DNA of 32,000 bases from Saccharolobus solfataricus (GCF_900079115.1 NZ_LT549890.1:1500001-1532000), one strand, 5' to 3'. Numbered from the stretch's first letter, positions 1-8,935 are shown. Numbers and translations are program-made. The notes: generated from the letters alone by a model not told the origin.

Positions 1-20
1 TGTCAAAATTTATTTAAATC

Positions 21-1404
21 TTGACACTAACTATTGTTGTGTCATACATTTCACAGATGAGCTTCCAAAACCCTTGGTGGGTTGATAAGAACAGGATACT
101 TGAAGATGAACACGTGAAAAGGGCAAGGGTCATAGTACCACCAATCGATGAGAGTGCTTTGATATTAGGACCTAGGCAAGTGGGTAAAACTACTTACCTA
201 AAGACTACCATAAAGACCTTGCTTGAGAGGGTAGACTCTAGGTCAATTCTCTTCTTCTCTTGTGATGCGTTTTCCAAGAAGGAGGAGTTAATAGGTTTAG
301 TTAACGAGTACAGAACGTTAGTCAATAGGGAGGAAAGTGCGTACATATTTTTAGATGAAATAACTTCAGTGAGCGATTGGAATACAGCTTTGTTACACTT
401 GTTCAATGCTGGTTACTTTAACAACTCATTGGTTTACGTCACTGGTTCTTCCTCTATAAATTTGAGGAAAGAGATGCTACCGGGGAGACCCATAAAGAAG
501 TACGTGTTTTATCCCTTGAATTTTAGAGTTTATTTCGACAGTTTTTATAAAAAATTAATACAAGATCACGTGAAAGTTGACGAAAAGGATGAGCTTTACG
601 AAAACGCTTTGAAGCTTTTACCATATATTTCAGAATTAAACAAGGCCTTATTGGAATACGTTAGGCGAGGGGGTTTCTTCGCGACTTCATTTTCCGAAAA
701 CCCATTATCGCTTTACGAGACTTATAAGGACGCTATACTTTCAGAGTTTTTAAAAACTGAGAGAAAGGAGAGCGTGTTTAAGGTAATTATTAGGAAAATA
801 ATTGAGAGCTATGGTAGTAGGATTTCTGAAAACACTAGTGCTTTCAGAAAGTTTATGGCTTATAGGCAAAGGATATACCACTAGATCATAGTCTAAGAAC
901 TTTTCCAAAATACTAACTATTGCTAAAGACGTTAATGTTTCCCACACCACTGTTGGCGACTATTTAGACGTTTTGGAGAAGTTGTTCATTATAAGGACTT
1001 TTAGGAAGAGAGAGAAAGGGGGAAAGACTAATTATAGGAGTTTGAAGAAGGTGTATTTCATAGACCCCTTCTTCTTTAGGGTAATGAAGATTTATAGTGT
1101 TGGCAAAGACGTAGATGACAATGAGATACCTTTGATCATTGAGGGAATTGTTGGTGAGCATTTGGCAAGGGAATACAAAGAGGTTGGCTATTTACACTTC
1201 AAGAGCGGAAAGGAGGTTGACTTCTCTGTTGGTAATGTAAAAGTTGAGGTTAAGTGGAGAGAGAAAGAGAGGAAGAGATATAACAACGTTAACTACGTTT
1301 TAACTATTGATGAGTTTAAGAAAAGCGATGAGCAACTAACTTTGCCAGTCTCAATTTTCCTCTATTTAATCTCCTCTAACAAGACCTTTTATGAGTTAAC
1401 GTAA
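21..1404 (+). pseudogene. AAA ATPase of the archaeal DUF4143 (COG1373-like) family, split by a frameshift into two ORFs (21-884 and 973-1404)
   Basis: Walker A motif GPRQVGKTTYLK and Walker B-like IFLDEI lie in the first ORF. The frame of the second ORF is open from about 895 and reads SKILTIAKDVNVSHTTVGDYLDVLEKLFIIRTF, the usual middle of this family, so one protein is spread over frames 3 and 1 with the shift at about 840-900. Likely true start is the ATG at 57, with a TTTAAAT box at 13-19. Confidence 0.7.
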
Positions 1405-1818
1405 TATCTTCGCAATACTTTCCTTTTTATCCAATTCTTTATGGCGTTCCATATAACGTGATACTGCTGTCCTAATGGCGTATGCTTCATTTCTGGAATT
1501 ATGTATAGCTTACAATCACCACCGTGGTTCTTTATCATTTCACAATTCTCTAATTAACTCTTTACTCTTCTCCCTCTCACTATTCTTGATGGAGTACGTC
1601 AAGTGCACGTTACTACTTCCAGTAAGTCTATAGTCTAGTATTATTTTATAAAATATTATTGAAAATAATTCCATTGTATTGGCCTTAATGAATACATAAA
1701 GCTTATCAACTTGATTAATTGATTCCTTGTTATCACTATTTATAAGAAACTTATTAATGAATTATAAAGTATAACAAATTTCTGGAAACAGTAGTGTTCT
1801 TCATCTGGTTCAAATTTT

Positions 1819-2394
1819 CTAATTCTTAAGTTCTTCAGCACATTTCTTCACCTTTTCGTATTCATGACTCCTCATTCCGTGTAGTTTCTCGCTGAACGAG
1901 ACTAGTACTGATATTAGGTCTTCAACTAGTTCTTCCTCTTTCTCCTCTTGGTTTAGTACTACTATTTCACAGCCATGTGCTTTACAAGTCTCCTCTAGGA
2001 TTTCGAAACCGAATCTGACTAGCCTATCTGGGTAAGCAATAACTACGCGTGATACTTCGTTGTTTAATATCATTCTCAGCAATTTCAAGAATCCCTTTCT
2101 CTTCATGTTTAACCCGGAACCTATGTCAGTAATTACTAGGTCGTATTCTTTCACTTGTTCCTCTAAATACTTTACTTGGTTCACTAGCTCGTCTTTTTGT
2201 TTTGATGATACTCTAGCGTAAAGTACCACTTTTCTCCTTTTTACTATTCCCATTAATTTCTCTACGTCTTCCTCATTGAATCTCCACTTTCCGCTCTGCA
2301 ATATGACCGGTTTTATGTATCCTTTCTTCACGTATTCCCTAAGTGTTGGGTAGGATATTCCTAGTCTTTGGCATACTTCCTTTGGTCTTAGCAT
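1819..2394 (-). CDS. IS607-family serine recombinase/transposase (MerR-like HTH plus resolvase catalytic domain)
   Basis: N-terminal MLRPKEVCQRLGISYPTLREYVKKGYI is a MerR-type HTH. It is followed by VVLYARVSSKQ (catalytic serine context) and a resolvase-like core (AYPDRLVRFGF). Confidence 0.8.
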   Translation of the reverse strand: MLRPKEVCQRLGISYPTLREYVKKGYIKPVILQSGKWRFNEEDVEKLMGIVKRRKVVLYARVSSKQKDELVNQVKYLEEQVKEYDLVITDIGSGLNMKRKGFLKLLRMILNNEVSRVVIAYPDRLVRFGFEILEETCKAHGCEIVVLNQEEKEEELVEDLISVLVSFSEKLHGMRSHEYEKVKKCAEELKN

Positions 2395-2543
2395 TATATA
2401 AAAAATTTATAATGAACTAATATAAACTTTACGCTCAATGCGAAACTGTTATCCACGGCGGAATGATTTGCTAAAGGTAGTAGTCGTTTTTATTAAATAG
2501 GGGCTTATTAACGTTAAAAGATTAAAAGGAAAAAATTAGGTAA

Positions 2544-3914
2544 TTATATGACCTTCCTAGCCGTATAAGATATAATCTCGTTCGTAGATGGATGTTGCTC
2601 AGCGAAACTAGCAAGTTGTTTAGCGTTTAGTCCGTAAGCTACTGCCAATCCCAATTCGTTAATTAAGTATTGAGAGTGGACTCCAATCATCCAAGCCCCG
2701 ATTAACCTCATACTTCCCCTTTCAAATATTAGCTTAAGTACGCCCTCTTTCTGTCCGTAGATTTGCGCTGACACATCCTCTTCCATGTTGTATTCCGCCT
2801 CAACTATCTCAATGCCCATTTTTCTAGCCTTGCTAGGTAATATTCCAACATAGGATAGTGAAGGAATCGTGTATATCGTTACTGGTATGCTCTTAACGTC
2901 CACATAATCCACTGGCATTCCATTAGCCATTATGTTGTTTGCTGCAGCTATACTCATTCTCACTGCAGCGTGATAATATGGGGCTAAACCATTTGCGTCT
3001 CCTGTCGCGAAAACATTTGGAATGTTAGTCTTCATTGTCTCGTCGACAACTATCCCAGTCTTGCTTATTGAAAGTCCTATTTCCCTTGCCCCTTCTGGGA
3101 TAACCGGTCTTCTCCCAGCAGCTAACACTACAGAGTTTGTGAAAATGCTCTTTTTGGAACCATCTTTGGTCGAATAAATTACTTCGTACTCATCATCCTT
3201 AATTTTCTTAACTTCAGTTACGGGAGAGTTGAACTTTATGTTAAGTTTAAGTATTGATAGTAAAGTATTGACGATATCTTGATCCTCAAGCGTTATTAAG
3301 GCTCTATCTAGCATTTCTATAATGTGAGTTTGTACACCCATTAATCTAAAGATTGACGCAATTTCGAGTCCTATATACCCAGCTCCTATGATCACCATGT
3401 CCTGAGGTAGCTTTCTAAATGACGTCTTATACCCAAATATATCGTCGCTTGTTAAACAGTATTCAACTCCAGGTAACCTCAGTTTAGCGGTTTCAGCACC
3501 ACTGGCTATTATCATATACCTAGTCTCAGCCTCAATTTCCTTTCCCTCATCCGTTTTAACTATCACGTGGGTTGGGTCCTTAATCTTAACGTATCCCTTA
3601 TAGAAGGTTAGAGTTTCGTATTGGGACATGTTCCTCTTATGCTGCTTGAATCTCAACTCTTGAACGTAATCTTTGCGATCTTGAACGGTTGAAAAATCTA
3701 GGGGGATCTTTACGTTAGCTATGTTTGTAAGTCTCCAGGCAGTTTGTATCACTTCTCTAACTGTCTTAGATGGTACACATCCACTATACAAGCAATTCCC
3801 TCCTAATTCACCTTTGGGATCAGCCATCAATACGTTGTATTTTGCCTTTGCAAGCCTGAAGGCCCCATGATATCCTGCTCCTCCAGCTCCTATAACAACT
3901 ACATCATATTTCAT
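2544..3914 (-). CDS. Class I FAD-dependent pyridine nucleotide-disulfide oxidoreductase (dihydrolipoamide dehydrogenase / MerA-like)
   Basis: GxGxxG FAD fold (VVVIGAGGAG), redox-active disulfide GGNCLYSGCVPSK, second dinucleotide fold VIIGAGYIGLE, C-terminal HPSTNE His-Glu dyad motif. There is no C-terminal vicinal Cys pair, so I do not call it MerA. Confidence 0.8.
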   Translation of the reverse strand: MKYDVVVIGAGGAGYHGAFRLAKAKYNVLMADPKGELGGNCLYSGCVPSKTVREVIQTAWRLTNIANVKIPLDFSTVQDRKDYVQELRFKQHKRNMSQYETLTFYKGYVKIKDPTHVIVKTDEGKEIEAETRYMIIASGAETAKLRLPGVEYCLTSDDIFGYKTSFRKLPQDMVIIGAGYIGLEIASIFRLMGVQTHIIEMLDRALITLEDQDIVNTLLSILKLNIKFNSPVTEVKKIKDDEYEVIYSTKDGSKKSIFTNSVVLAAGRRPVIPEGAREIGLSISKTGIVVDETMKTNIPNVFATGDANGLAPYYHAAVRMSIAAANNIMANGMPVDYVDVKSIPVTIYTIPSLSYVGILPSKARKMGIEIVEAEYNMEEDVSAQIYGQKEGVLKLIFERGSMRLIGAWMIGVHSQYLINELGLAVAYGLNAKQLASFAEQHPSTNEIISYTARKVI

Positions 3915-4284
3915 AATTATAACTATTAGTTATCAAAGTATTTATTATTTTTTCTTGTTTAACAGTATCTAATAACATTCAAACTATGATGAGATTAAAT
4001 ACTTATTCTTCACGTAGGAAAAACGTTGTATAACACTAGAATATATGGGTCTTAGCATAGATGAATATGCGTTTAGTCAATATTTTTACGCAATTACATT
4101 TACTTATTCATTATAACACGAGAAAAATTATTAGACTCTATTTCCATTTTAGGTATTTCGCACACGTTAGACCTCATCGACTTTATCATTATTATTATAG
4201 AATATTTTATCTTTTTAATTAGTACTTCATAATACTGGCTAAATGCTGTCAATTACGCTAATGGTTCTCTTTTTCAATATTAAG

Positions 4285-4291
4285 TTTAAAT
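4285..4291 (+). promoter_or_regulatory. Putative TATA box (TTTAAAT) for the small-ORF/radical SAM/MBL unit
   Basis: TTTAAAT lies about 38 nt upstream of the ATG at 4326. This would give a short leader containing the GGGTGA Shine-Dalgarno-like motif at 4316-4321. Confidence 0.35.
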
Positions 4292-4325
4292 GTAATTAAT
4301 CATATCTAGCCTATCGGGTGAAAAA

Positions 4326-4412
4326 ATGGAGGCAATCCTACAGACCAAAAAGATAGTTGTAATAGAGAGGAAATATGGTAGATGTGGATATTCTCCAAGC
4401 TGGGGAGACTGA
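4326..4412 (+). CDS. Unannotated 28-aa ORF MEAILQTKKIVVIERKYGRCGYSPSWGD; candidate precursor peptide for the adjacent radical SAM/SPASM enzyme
   Basis: ATG at 4326 is preceded by GGGTGA (4316-4321). The TGA stop at 4410-4412 is embedded in TGAGGT, the Shine-Dalgarno-like motif 9 nt upstream of the radical SAM ATG at 4425. The N-terminal half is hydrophobic/basic and the C-terminal half is rich in Gly, Cys and aromatics. It is too short for the supplied ORF track. Confidence 0.5.
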   Translation: MEAILQTKKIVVIERKYGRCGYSPSWGD

Positions 4413-4424
4413 GGTTATCTCCCC

Positions 4425-5609
4425 ATGGCTCTCTCTAAATTCAACCTTTTTATTGGCGATATTCTTTTTAATACCCTTACTGGGTACGCGATTAAGCTGG
4501 AATCATGGGAAATTGAGAAGTTAAGGAAAGGAGTTGTGCCAGAACATTTAAAGGATATAATAGAGGAAGGTTTCTCCGCTACGGATGAGGACTTAGATGA
4601 GGAAATTGAGAAGTTTTTAAGGAAGCCCGTTCTAGAACCTACTCTCGTATTAACTTATAATTGTAATTTTGATTGTATCTACTGTTTCCAAAAGGGGTTT
4701 AGAAAAAACATTTCGGTATCGGATAAGGTTACAAGGGGATTCGTAAACTACATTAGGAAGAACGAGAAAGGTAGGAAGGTAAGGGTAACTTACTTCGGTG
4801 GAGAACCAATCTTACAGCTTAGGAAAATAGAGGAGATATCTAGGGAATTATCTGACTTAAAGTACTCGTTTAGTGTAGTAACTAATGGTTCTCTTTTGAC
4901 TAGAAAGATAGTAGAGAGACTGATTCCACTAGGACTAACTCACGTCCAGATAACGTTAGATGGACCAAAAGAAGTTCACGATAAGAGGAGGTTCTTTGTT
5001 AGCGGTGAGGGTACGTTTGATGTGATTGTGAAGAATCTAAAGGAGATACAAGATATGGTAAAGGTTGTATTGAGGATAAACATTGATGTGAAGAACTTGA
5101 ACGAAATAGGGGAGTTATTAAACGAATTGAAGATGGAGGGAATAAATAGAGTGAGATTAGATCCTCATTTGGTTCATTCAAATGTGTTCAGAAATGAGTG
5201 GTGGGATTTCACAATATCTAGTAAGGCTGAAGGAGATGTTATGGTTAAGTTCTGGGAGATTGCTAGGAAGTATGGATTTGAGGTTCCACAAGACGTGCTT
5301 AGATTAGGGTTATGTGTAGCTTATTCAAGTGAAGACATTGTTGTTGACCCAGAGGGAAACATTTATCCTTGCTGGGCTTTCACTGGAAACCCCCTTTACG
5401 TTAAGGGTAAGCTGGAAGAGGATGGGAGTGTTAAAGTAACTAATAAGTCGTTGTGGTGGAAGGTTAAAATTGAGGATAAGTGTAGGGAATGTCCATTTTT
5501 GCCGTTATGTATGGGTGGTTGTAAGTTCTTAGCAACTATTAATGGAGATGATTGTAAGAGAGAGGCGTATGAAAAGATAGTTAGGTCAATACGTTGGGTG
5601 ATGGGCTAA
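4425..5609 (+). CDS. Radical SAM enzyme with a complete SPASM domain (peptide-maturase / anSME-like class)
   Basis: CNFDCIYC is the CX3CX2C radical SAM cluster motif and YFGGEP is a GGE-like SAM motif. The C-terminal SPASM signature is C-X13-G-X4-C (CVAYSSEDIVVDPEGNIYPC), then CRECPFLPLCMGGC (CX2CX5CX3C) and a further Cys. About 78 residues precede the radical SAM cluster motif and resemble the N-termini of peptide-modifying SPASM enzymes. Confidence 0.85.
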   Translation: MALSKFNLFIGDILFNTLTGYAIKLESWEIEKLRKGVVPEHLKDIIEEGFSATDEDLDEEIEKFLRKPVLEPTLVLTYNCNFDCIYCFQKGFRKNISVSDKVTRGFVNYIRKNEKGRKVRVTYFGGEPILQLRKIEEISRELSDLKYSFSVVTNGSLLTRKIVERLIPLGLTHVQITLDGPKEVHDKRRFFVSGEGTFDVIVKNLKEIQDMVKVVLRINIDVKNLNEIGELLNELKMEGINRVRLDPHLVHSNVFRNEWWDFTISSKAEGDVMVKFWEIARKYGFEVPQDVLRLGLCVAYSSEDIVVDPEGNIYPCWAFTGNPLYVKGKLEEDGSVKVTNKSLWWKVKIEDKCRECPFLPLCMGGCKFLATINGDDCKREAYEKIVRSIRWVMG

Positions 5610-6295
5610 TGGTTAAGGTAGGTAAGGTTAGGATAATGGAGTTATTGGAGCCTGAATTTTTCGGTACTGTACTTAATCACAATATATCTGTTATCGAAAA
5701 TGGTCCTTGTGGGGGATTAATGATGATTGATACTGGCTTACCGGGATATCTCGATCAGATTGAATCCTATCTTAAGGCATGGGGTTATTCCTTGGAGGAT
5801 ATTTCAGATATCGTAATAACGCATTGGCATCACGATCATGCAGGAAACGCCATGGCAATAAAGAGGATAAGTGATGCTAAGATATACGCCCACGTGGATG
5901 AGTTAGGGGATTTGGAAAATCCTCCAAAATACAGCACTATATATAGTGATGAATTAGGGGTTTCTTTACCAGTGTTTAAGAGGACCATGGAGAGGATTAA
6001 CAAGTTACACTATGAACCAGTTAAGGTTGATTTTGCATTAAAAGGTGGTGAGGATTTGGGAGGGTTTAGGGTTATACATGTTCCGGGGCATACAAAGGGA
6101 CATATTGCCTTATTTGATGGTAAGTGTTTAGTAGTTGGCGATGCTGTTAGGAACGTTAGAAATAAATTATCTCCACCCCTTAGAATATTCTCTTGGAATT
6201 ACGAATTAGCAGTGAACTCGTTCAATTATTTAATATCACTTCCCTATACTGTACTAATACCATTTCACGGTGATATCGTAATTAGGAATTTTTAA
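5609..6295 (+). CDS. Metallo-beta-lactamase-fold hydrolase
   Basis: THWHHDHAGN is the HxHxDH motif, with later HVPGHTKGH, VVGDA and PFHGD metal-ligand motifs. The ATG at 5609 overlaps the radical SAM TAA stop (TAATG), indicating translational coupling. The ORF track starts it at a TTG at 5594. Confidence 0.8.
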   Translation: MVKVGKVRIMELLEPEFFGTVLNHNISVIENGPCGGLMMIDTGLPGYLDQIESYLKAWGYSLEDISDIVITHWHHDHAGNAMAIKRISDAKIYAHVDELGDLENPPKYSTIYSDELGVSLPVFKRTMERINKLHYEPVKVDFALKGGEDLGGFRVIHVPGHTKGHIALFDGKCLVVGDAVRNVRNKLSPPLRIFSWNYELAVNSFNYLISLPYTVLIPFHGDIVIRNF

Positions 6296-6298
6296 CCT

Positions 6299-7470
6299 TG
6301 ATGGGGGTTAAGGGATGAAAATCCACTTCCATGAAGGTAGACCCAAAATCTTTTATAAAAAAAATAATGCTAGTTAATTAATATCCAGCTTATAAAGAAT
6401 AATAGAGTAAATTGAATAGTAAGAATTCAACAAATTGAAAGGAAAAATTTTAGGTGAGGAGATCTGTGTTACCAAGAGTGAATTCCAAATGATAATACTC
6501 AACTTTCCCCACCCCAATTCATCAAATAAGGGAAGAAAGGGAGAAGAAGTAGCCAAAACACTCGTCACAGCCGTGGAACGGCTCAATCGAGAACAAGTCA
6601 AAGATGTTCAAGACCTCAAGCCAAACAGTGAGAAACTACGCCGAGAAAAAAGAAGTAGCCGAGAAATTACTCGAGCGAGTGAAGCAACTATCCCTTGAAA
6701 TGCTAAAAGCAGTGAAGAAAGTAAACATATCAATAGATTGGACCACGATAAAGTACCAGACCAATAGAGAGGTTAGGTAGCTCAGAAGATGGATACTCAT
6801 GGAACTACGCAACTGCAACGACAAAACACAACGGGAAAATACTAGCATTCATTGAACAAGAGAAAGGGATGACAAAAGACCGCATAGTCAAGCTACTTAT
6901 TGAATAGATCTCAGTAAACTTGATAACACTTAACGCGGGATTCTACTCAGCAGACGTGTTGAACTTCATCTCCAAGTTCAAGTTGCAGTCCCAGTAGGTA
7001 CCTTGAAAATCCACAACGATTTCGATGAAGGTGAAGAATAGCAAGAGACATAGGAGGTAAAAGCAGGTGAAGTTCAAGTCAATTGTTCAAGATAGGGATT
7101 AGGAGGAAGAATTGAGTACTTCGCTAGGGCCACAAACCTAGATCTACCCAAGGATGTGGTGTTTAGGCTTTACAACAAGGTGAACCCAATAGAGACTTCC
7201 TATAGGAATATCAAGTCGTTTCTCCCGGTTATAAGCTCAACCAAGTTAGCGTTTCGTAAGCTGATGTTCATGATAGCTCTCTACTTCCTCCTCACCATAT
7301 TCAAGGATGTGAAGAGGGAAGACTTTTACTCATCCTTTTATTACATTAATACCGGAGGATAATTCCATATAAAACAAAGGAAACGCTTAATAATCTTACA
7401 GATTTATTTTCAAGGGGGTATTTTGGGTCTACCGGTGAAGGCGGGCTAGTTCACCGTGCTGTCCATGCTT
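6299..7470 (+). mobile_element. Decayed insertion sequence (transposase pseudogenised)
   Basis: A perfect 14-bp inverted repeat, GGTAGACCCAAAAT (6336-6349) and ATTTTGGGTCTACC (7420-7433), brackets a stretch of broken transposase-like reading frames. The outer boundaries are uncertain. Confidence 0.55.
6435..7365 (+). pseudogene. DDE transposase pseudogene (multiple stops and frameshifts)
   Basis: Fragments read LNREQVKDVQDLKP..., MFKTSSQTVRNYAEKKEVAEKLLERVKQLSLEMLKAVKK..., and a C-terminal NPIETSYRNIKSFLPVISSTKLAFRKLMFMIALYF, which looks like the YREK-type block of IS4/ISH3-like transposases. The fragments are spread over several frames and interrupted by stops. Confidence 0.6.
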
Positions 7471-7590
7471 TGAATATTTATATTAGAAAAATTTAAACTT
7501 TTTTATTTAATTAAAAGACTTTAACAGTGTTAAATAGCATTTAGAGTAGTTTAAGATGGTTAAGTATTTATTGGAAAAAGAAGATTAGTA

Positions 7591-8154
7591 TTGTATATGT
7601 GTCTCCTTATAATCAACAATGTTACAAGGCCAATAATTTCAAATGACATTGTATTACTTAGGGATAACAGTTTCAGCAAGGTAAAAGATTACTTAAGGGT
7701 TTTAAGCAGTGATAAGAGGGACGGGGAGATAAGTAAGAGTTATTTCTATTTTATCGTTGATAGACTAAGGAGGATGGAATTACTAATAGATAATGCAATC
7801 GGTTTTAAGGCAATACTTCCCTTTACGGTAAATAACAAAGGGATAAGTTTGAAGGAGGGGATAATGTATATCACTAACGATAAACAGTTGATATATTTTA
7901 ACTATTACGATGCTACATATCAATGTGATAGGTGTTCTATTACAACTTTTTCATGCGTTCCATCACTGAAGAAGATTGCTCGTGAGTTAGACGTTAAAAT
8001 AAGGAGCGATATTCCGGGTATAGCCTGGTATGAGTTATTGGAGGATATTCAACATTATCTTCTCGAGGCATCCATATCTTTAAGAGTAAAGATAAGTGAA
8101 ATTGGGAAATCGTTTGAGGCGATTAAAGTTGGTGAATATGCGAGAGATTTATAA
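7591..8154 (+). CDS. Hypothetical protein, possibly DNA-binding
   Basis: Long ORF with plausible composition. I recognise no motif. A more likely start is the ATG at 7597. Confidence 0.4.
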   Translation: MYMCLLIINNVTRPIISNDIVLLRDNSFSKVKDYLRVLSSDKRDGEISKSYFYFIVDRLRRMELLIDNAIGFKAILPFTVNNKGISLKEGIMYITNDKQLIYFNYYDATYQCDRCSITTFSCVPSLKKIARELDVKIRSDIPGIAWYELLEDIQHYLLEASISLRVKISEIGKSFEAIKVGEYARDL

Positions 8155-8521
8155 ATATTCAATTTTTAGTATCATCATAATGTTTTTAGCATTCTCATTT
8201 GGGCTAGTTAGGGCAATGTATGATACTGTTCAAAATACTTTCTCAACTAGCATATTAATATTTCACATTATCTTTGCAGGGCTCACTGGAGGATTTGGAG
8301 TTTACCTTTACGTTTTAGCTAATAAGACCGGTTTACTATTCCCAAAATTCATTGGCCTAGGCAATTTAGTGTCAATTGGAATAGCTGGGTTTAGTGGTTT
8401 AAGTTACTTGTTAACAAATTACGAGTGGCTCACAAGATTAATGCTTTACGGGTTTGAGTTTTCTTTAGCTTTAACTTCAATGCTTATAGGTTACTTATAT
8501 TGTTTTATGAGATATCGCTAG
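8138..8521 (+). CDS. Small integral membrane protein (about 4 TM)
   Basis: Hydrophobic segments run throughout. The ATG at 8138 (MREIYKYSIF...) is more plausible than the track start at 8096, which overlaps the upstream ORF by 59 nt. Confidence 0.5.
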   Translation: MREIYKYSIFSIIIMFLAFSFGLVRAMYDTVQNTFSTSILIFHIIFAGLTGGFGVYLYVLANKTGLLFPKFIGLGNLVSIGIAGFSGLSYLLTNYEWLTRLMLYGFEFSLALTSMLIGYLYCFMRYR

Positions 8522-8551
8522 ATTTTTTAATTACAATCTTTATTTTCACCT

Positions 8552-8935
8552 ATGGTTGACTATTTGGTTTCAAATGTTAAGGAAGTTAAGATGGATAGAG
8601 TACCAGTTAATGGTTCTAAAAATGCGTTTATTCAATGGTTAGTTACGAAAGAAAATGGTGCTAATTACGCTGTAAGAAAGTTCACCCTATTGAAGGATGG
8701 AATTATACCAATGCATATTCATAAGTACCAAGAGACTGTTATTGTAACTAAGGGGAAATGTAAGGTATGTGTAAGCGATAAAGTTTACGAGCTAAGGGAG
8801 GGTGACTACATTTTTATAAACTCTAACGTAAAACACGCAATTATTAATGAAGGGGATCAGTTGGAGTTTTTCTGTATAATTGATTATTCAGATGATATGA
8901 GGATAATTACATTAGATGAGGATTGCAATAGGTAA
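8552..8935 (+). CDS. Cupin-fold protein
   Basis: Size (127 aa) and motifs [13 protein letters not shown] and [16 protein letters not shown] are typical of the two cupin motifs. Confidence 0.6.
   Translation: MVDYLVSNVKEVKMDRVPVNGSKNAFIQWLVTKENGANYAVRKFTLLKDGIIPMHIHKYQETVIVTKGKCKVCVSDKVYELREGDYIFINSNVKHAIINEGDQLEFFCIIDYSDDMRIITLDEDCNR

Noticed and set aside
194-1161. Minus-strand ORFs 194-406, 750-950 and 964-1161
   Set aside because: All lie antisense within the DUF4143 ATPase pseudogene and have no start context or motifs.
2544-3914. Possibility that the flavoprotein is mercuric reductase MerA
   Set aside because: The redox-active CxxxxC is shared by the whole class I family. I saw no C-terminal vicinal cysteine pair and no adjacent mer-type regulator or metallochaperone, so I kept the generic family call.
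4045-4116. 23-codon ORF MGLSIDEYAFSQYFYAITFTYSL in the spacer upstream of the radical SAM locus
   Set aside because: There is no Shine-Dalgarno or TATA context that I could see. It is 200 bp away from the maturase and AT-rich, so probably a chance ORF. It is only worth revisiting if it proves conserved.
4999-5181. 60-aa minus-strand ORF within the radical SAM gene
   Set aside because: It is antisense to a gene with strong motif support and is Ser/Pro/Leu-rich.
6374-6848. Minus-strand ORFs 6374-6601 and 6636-6848
   Set aside because: They are inside the decayed IS, where the transposase-like signal is on the plus strand.
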